From assembly GCA_965644295.1 (NCBI GenBank), contig CBFFRP010000146.1, forward strand, positions 558,001 through 622,000: a stretch of 64,000 nucleotides of DNA, written 5' to 3'. Both the position numbers and the translations under genes were made by a program. A model generated the notes under the pieces. That model was not told where the DNA came from, searched no databases, and was given only the letters and a program-made list of their open reading frames with translations. Positions 62,513 through 64,000 of this stretch are shown here, in pieces (positions within the stretch are counted from its first letter, which is position 1; each line of letters starts with the position of its first letter). Source of the stretch: Paraphysomonas bandaiensis (taxonomy: Eukaryota; Protista; Chrysophyceae).

Positions 62513-63531
62513 TTATTTTCGTGAGACCTTCTGTAATGGTTGCAAGTGAAGTGGAGCAGTTGGAATAAACACTCGAGAAACATGCTCATGGTTCTCTCCT
62601 TTCGTTCTTCTTTGGTAACCAGGACCACTAGAGGAGGTAGTTTTTCCGTTACTGCGCCTCTCGGAGAAAGCTAACAATTTACGCTTCTTATTTTCACTAA
62701 GAGAGTCAGACGAAACCGAAAGGGTACAGAGTTGTTCGTCACGCTTCTTTTTTGCATTTCCACTCAGTTTCTTTGCGACCTTAGCAAAGTGTTCTGCTTC
62801 CTCAGCCTGACAATATGCAAAGAGGGCACGCCACGTCTGTATATCCTTACATTGAACAGCGCTTTTCGTCTGTTCGCTACCATCACTGCTTTCATTTACA
62901 CTCGAGTTCGAACTGCTTAAGGACGACAAATGTTTATATGTTTCTTTCCACTTGGTCTTTAGCTCTGTGGCAGCCTTAGCAACAGCTGGAAAAGGACTGT
63001 GTTTGCTAAGACCGTTAACAGCTACTCCAATACCAGTTTCCTTCATCAGAGGGGCAGAAAAGGCGGCTCTAGATATTAACTTGAGATCGGATAAATATTG
63101 GACTTCTGGTAAATTGGGAATTAATAGTCGTCTCTTCATTTCGTGCATAAAATTCACATTCTCAGGATAAGGATAAAATATGGGCCGGAGTCGGTAATTT
63201 CTAGTAAAAAGGAAATATGAATGAAAAACAGGAGTTATGTAGAAACTTACTCCTCCACTTTTTTTCGCCAAAACACTACATCTATATAAGGATCGTCTCT
63301 AAGTTCAGGACATACCATTTCAAGCATTTGCATGTTCGATACAGTAATCTTGAAGTTCGCCTTCCTCATGACGTCCACCACTCTGTACAGCTCAACACCT
63401 GCACTTGCCCGTCGCAGATATGAAGCACACATGTACTTAATATGTGCGGTGTTCAAGGCAATATAACTGGTACATATGTCTATCAGTGAAGGTACTTCCT
63501 CTTGTCCCTCATCTTCATCAGAGCTGCCCAT
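62513..63531 (-). CDS. Elongin A-like protein containing a TFIIS-N-like helical segment; intron 63201-63250
   Basis: BC-box-like 'VPSLIDICTSYI', Elongin A-like 'LEMVCPEL...FWRK' and 'TWRALF', and TFIIS-N-like 'ETGIGVAVNGLSKH...AKAATELKTKWK'. Confidence 0.65.
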
Positions 63532-64000
63532 ATATACTACCACTAGACCCTATATATAACTACACACAAGAATATATCAATTCCACTGCGATGCCGCAAT
63601 ATGAGAATACGGTTTAAAGGACACAGAGTTTCTCTCTGCTTGAATGATGTCTGCTAATGCTCTCCTGTATCGTACAAGTCGAACAAGGACCTTCATATTC
63701 CATCTCCATCTCCATATACACACATATACATGTATGCAGGGATCTGTACAGATGATACCCACAGGAATCTCCCGCCCTGAAAAGAATGTATACCACAGTA
63801 TACAGTGTATTCATACCTCCATATATGCATATATGTTGAGGTGTCTGCCTGTATATCTGCCTGGATCATATCCGGATATCAGCGAACTGTAAGTCGTAAG
63901 TGTTGTAAGTAGCAGGTGTCGGAGATTATTAATTCATAATGAAGCATGTTTTGGTTGGACTAAGTATTGTGACACTGGTTCAACACCGCATAGCTGCCAC

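Overview
Gene-dense eukaryotic nuclear DNA with the standard genetic code and many short (45-100 nt) GT-AG introns. It comes from a flagellated protist (DRC1 is present); a stramenopile such as a bacterivorous chrysophyte is plausible but only inferred. Housekeeping genes: a ~2000-aa PDZ/coiled-coil protein, EAF6, eIF5B, DRC1, RRP41, a CAP-Gly protein, RAB8, a PI31-like protein, RPS6 and an Elongin A-like protein. Three kinds of accessory DNA sit between them. (1) A TE-rich zone at 6.5-17.4 kb and 24.5-26.5 kb, containing a 2.46-kb direct duplication bracketing a pogo/Tigger-type element, hAT-type elements with 8-bp TSDs, MITEs and a Copia remnant. (2) A region at 27-52 kb with a probably myristoylated EF-hand sensor facing an array of four mosaic AGC kinases, followed by bacterial-looking or fused genes: an intronless Cas4-like/DUF2779 nuclease plus an inverted partial copy, a secreted M15 peptidoglycan peptidase, a bacterial-type formate dehydrogenase, a PAPS reductase-glutaredoxin fusion, a spliced GNAT-PhzF fusion and a deoxynucleoside kinase. 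(3) A dispersed 380-480 nt structured non-coding repeat in three copies, with conserved helices and a possible HDV-like ribozyme at its 5' end. I found no tRNA, rRNA or CRISPR array. All family assignments come from motifs read by eye, not from database searches.
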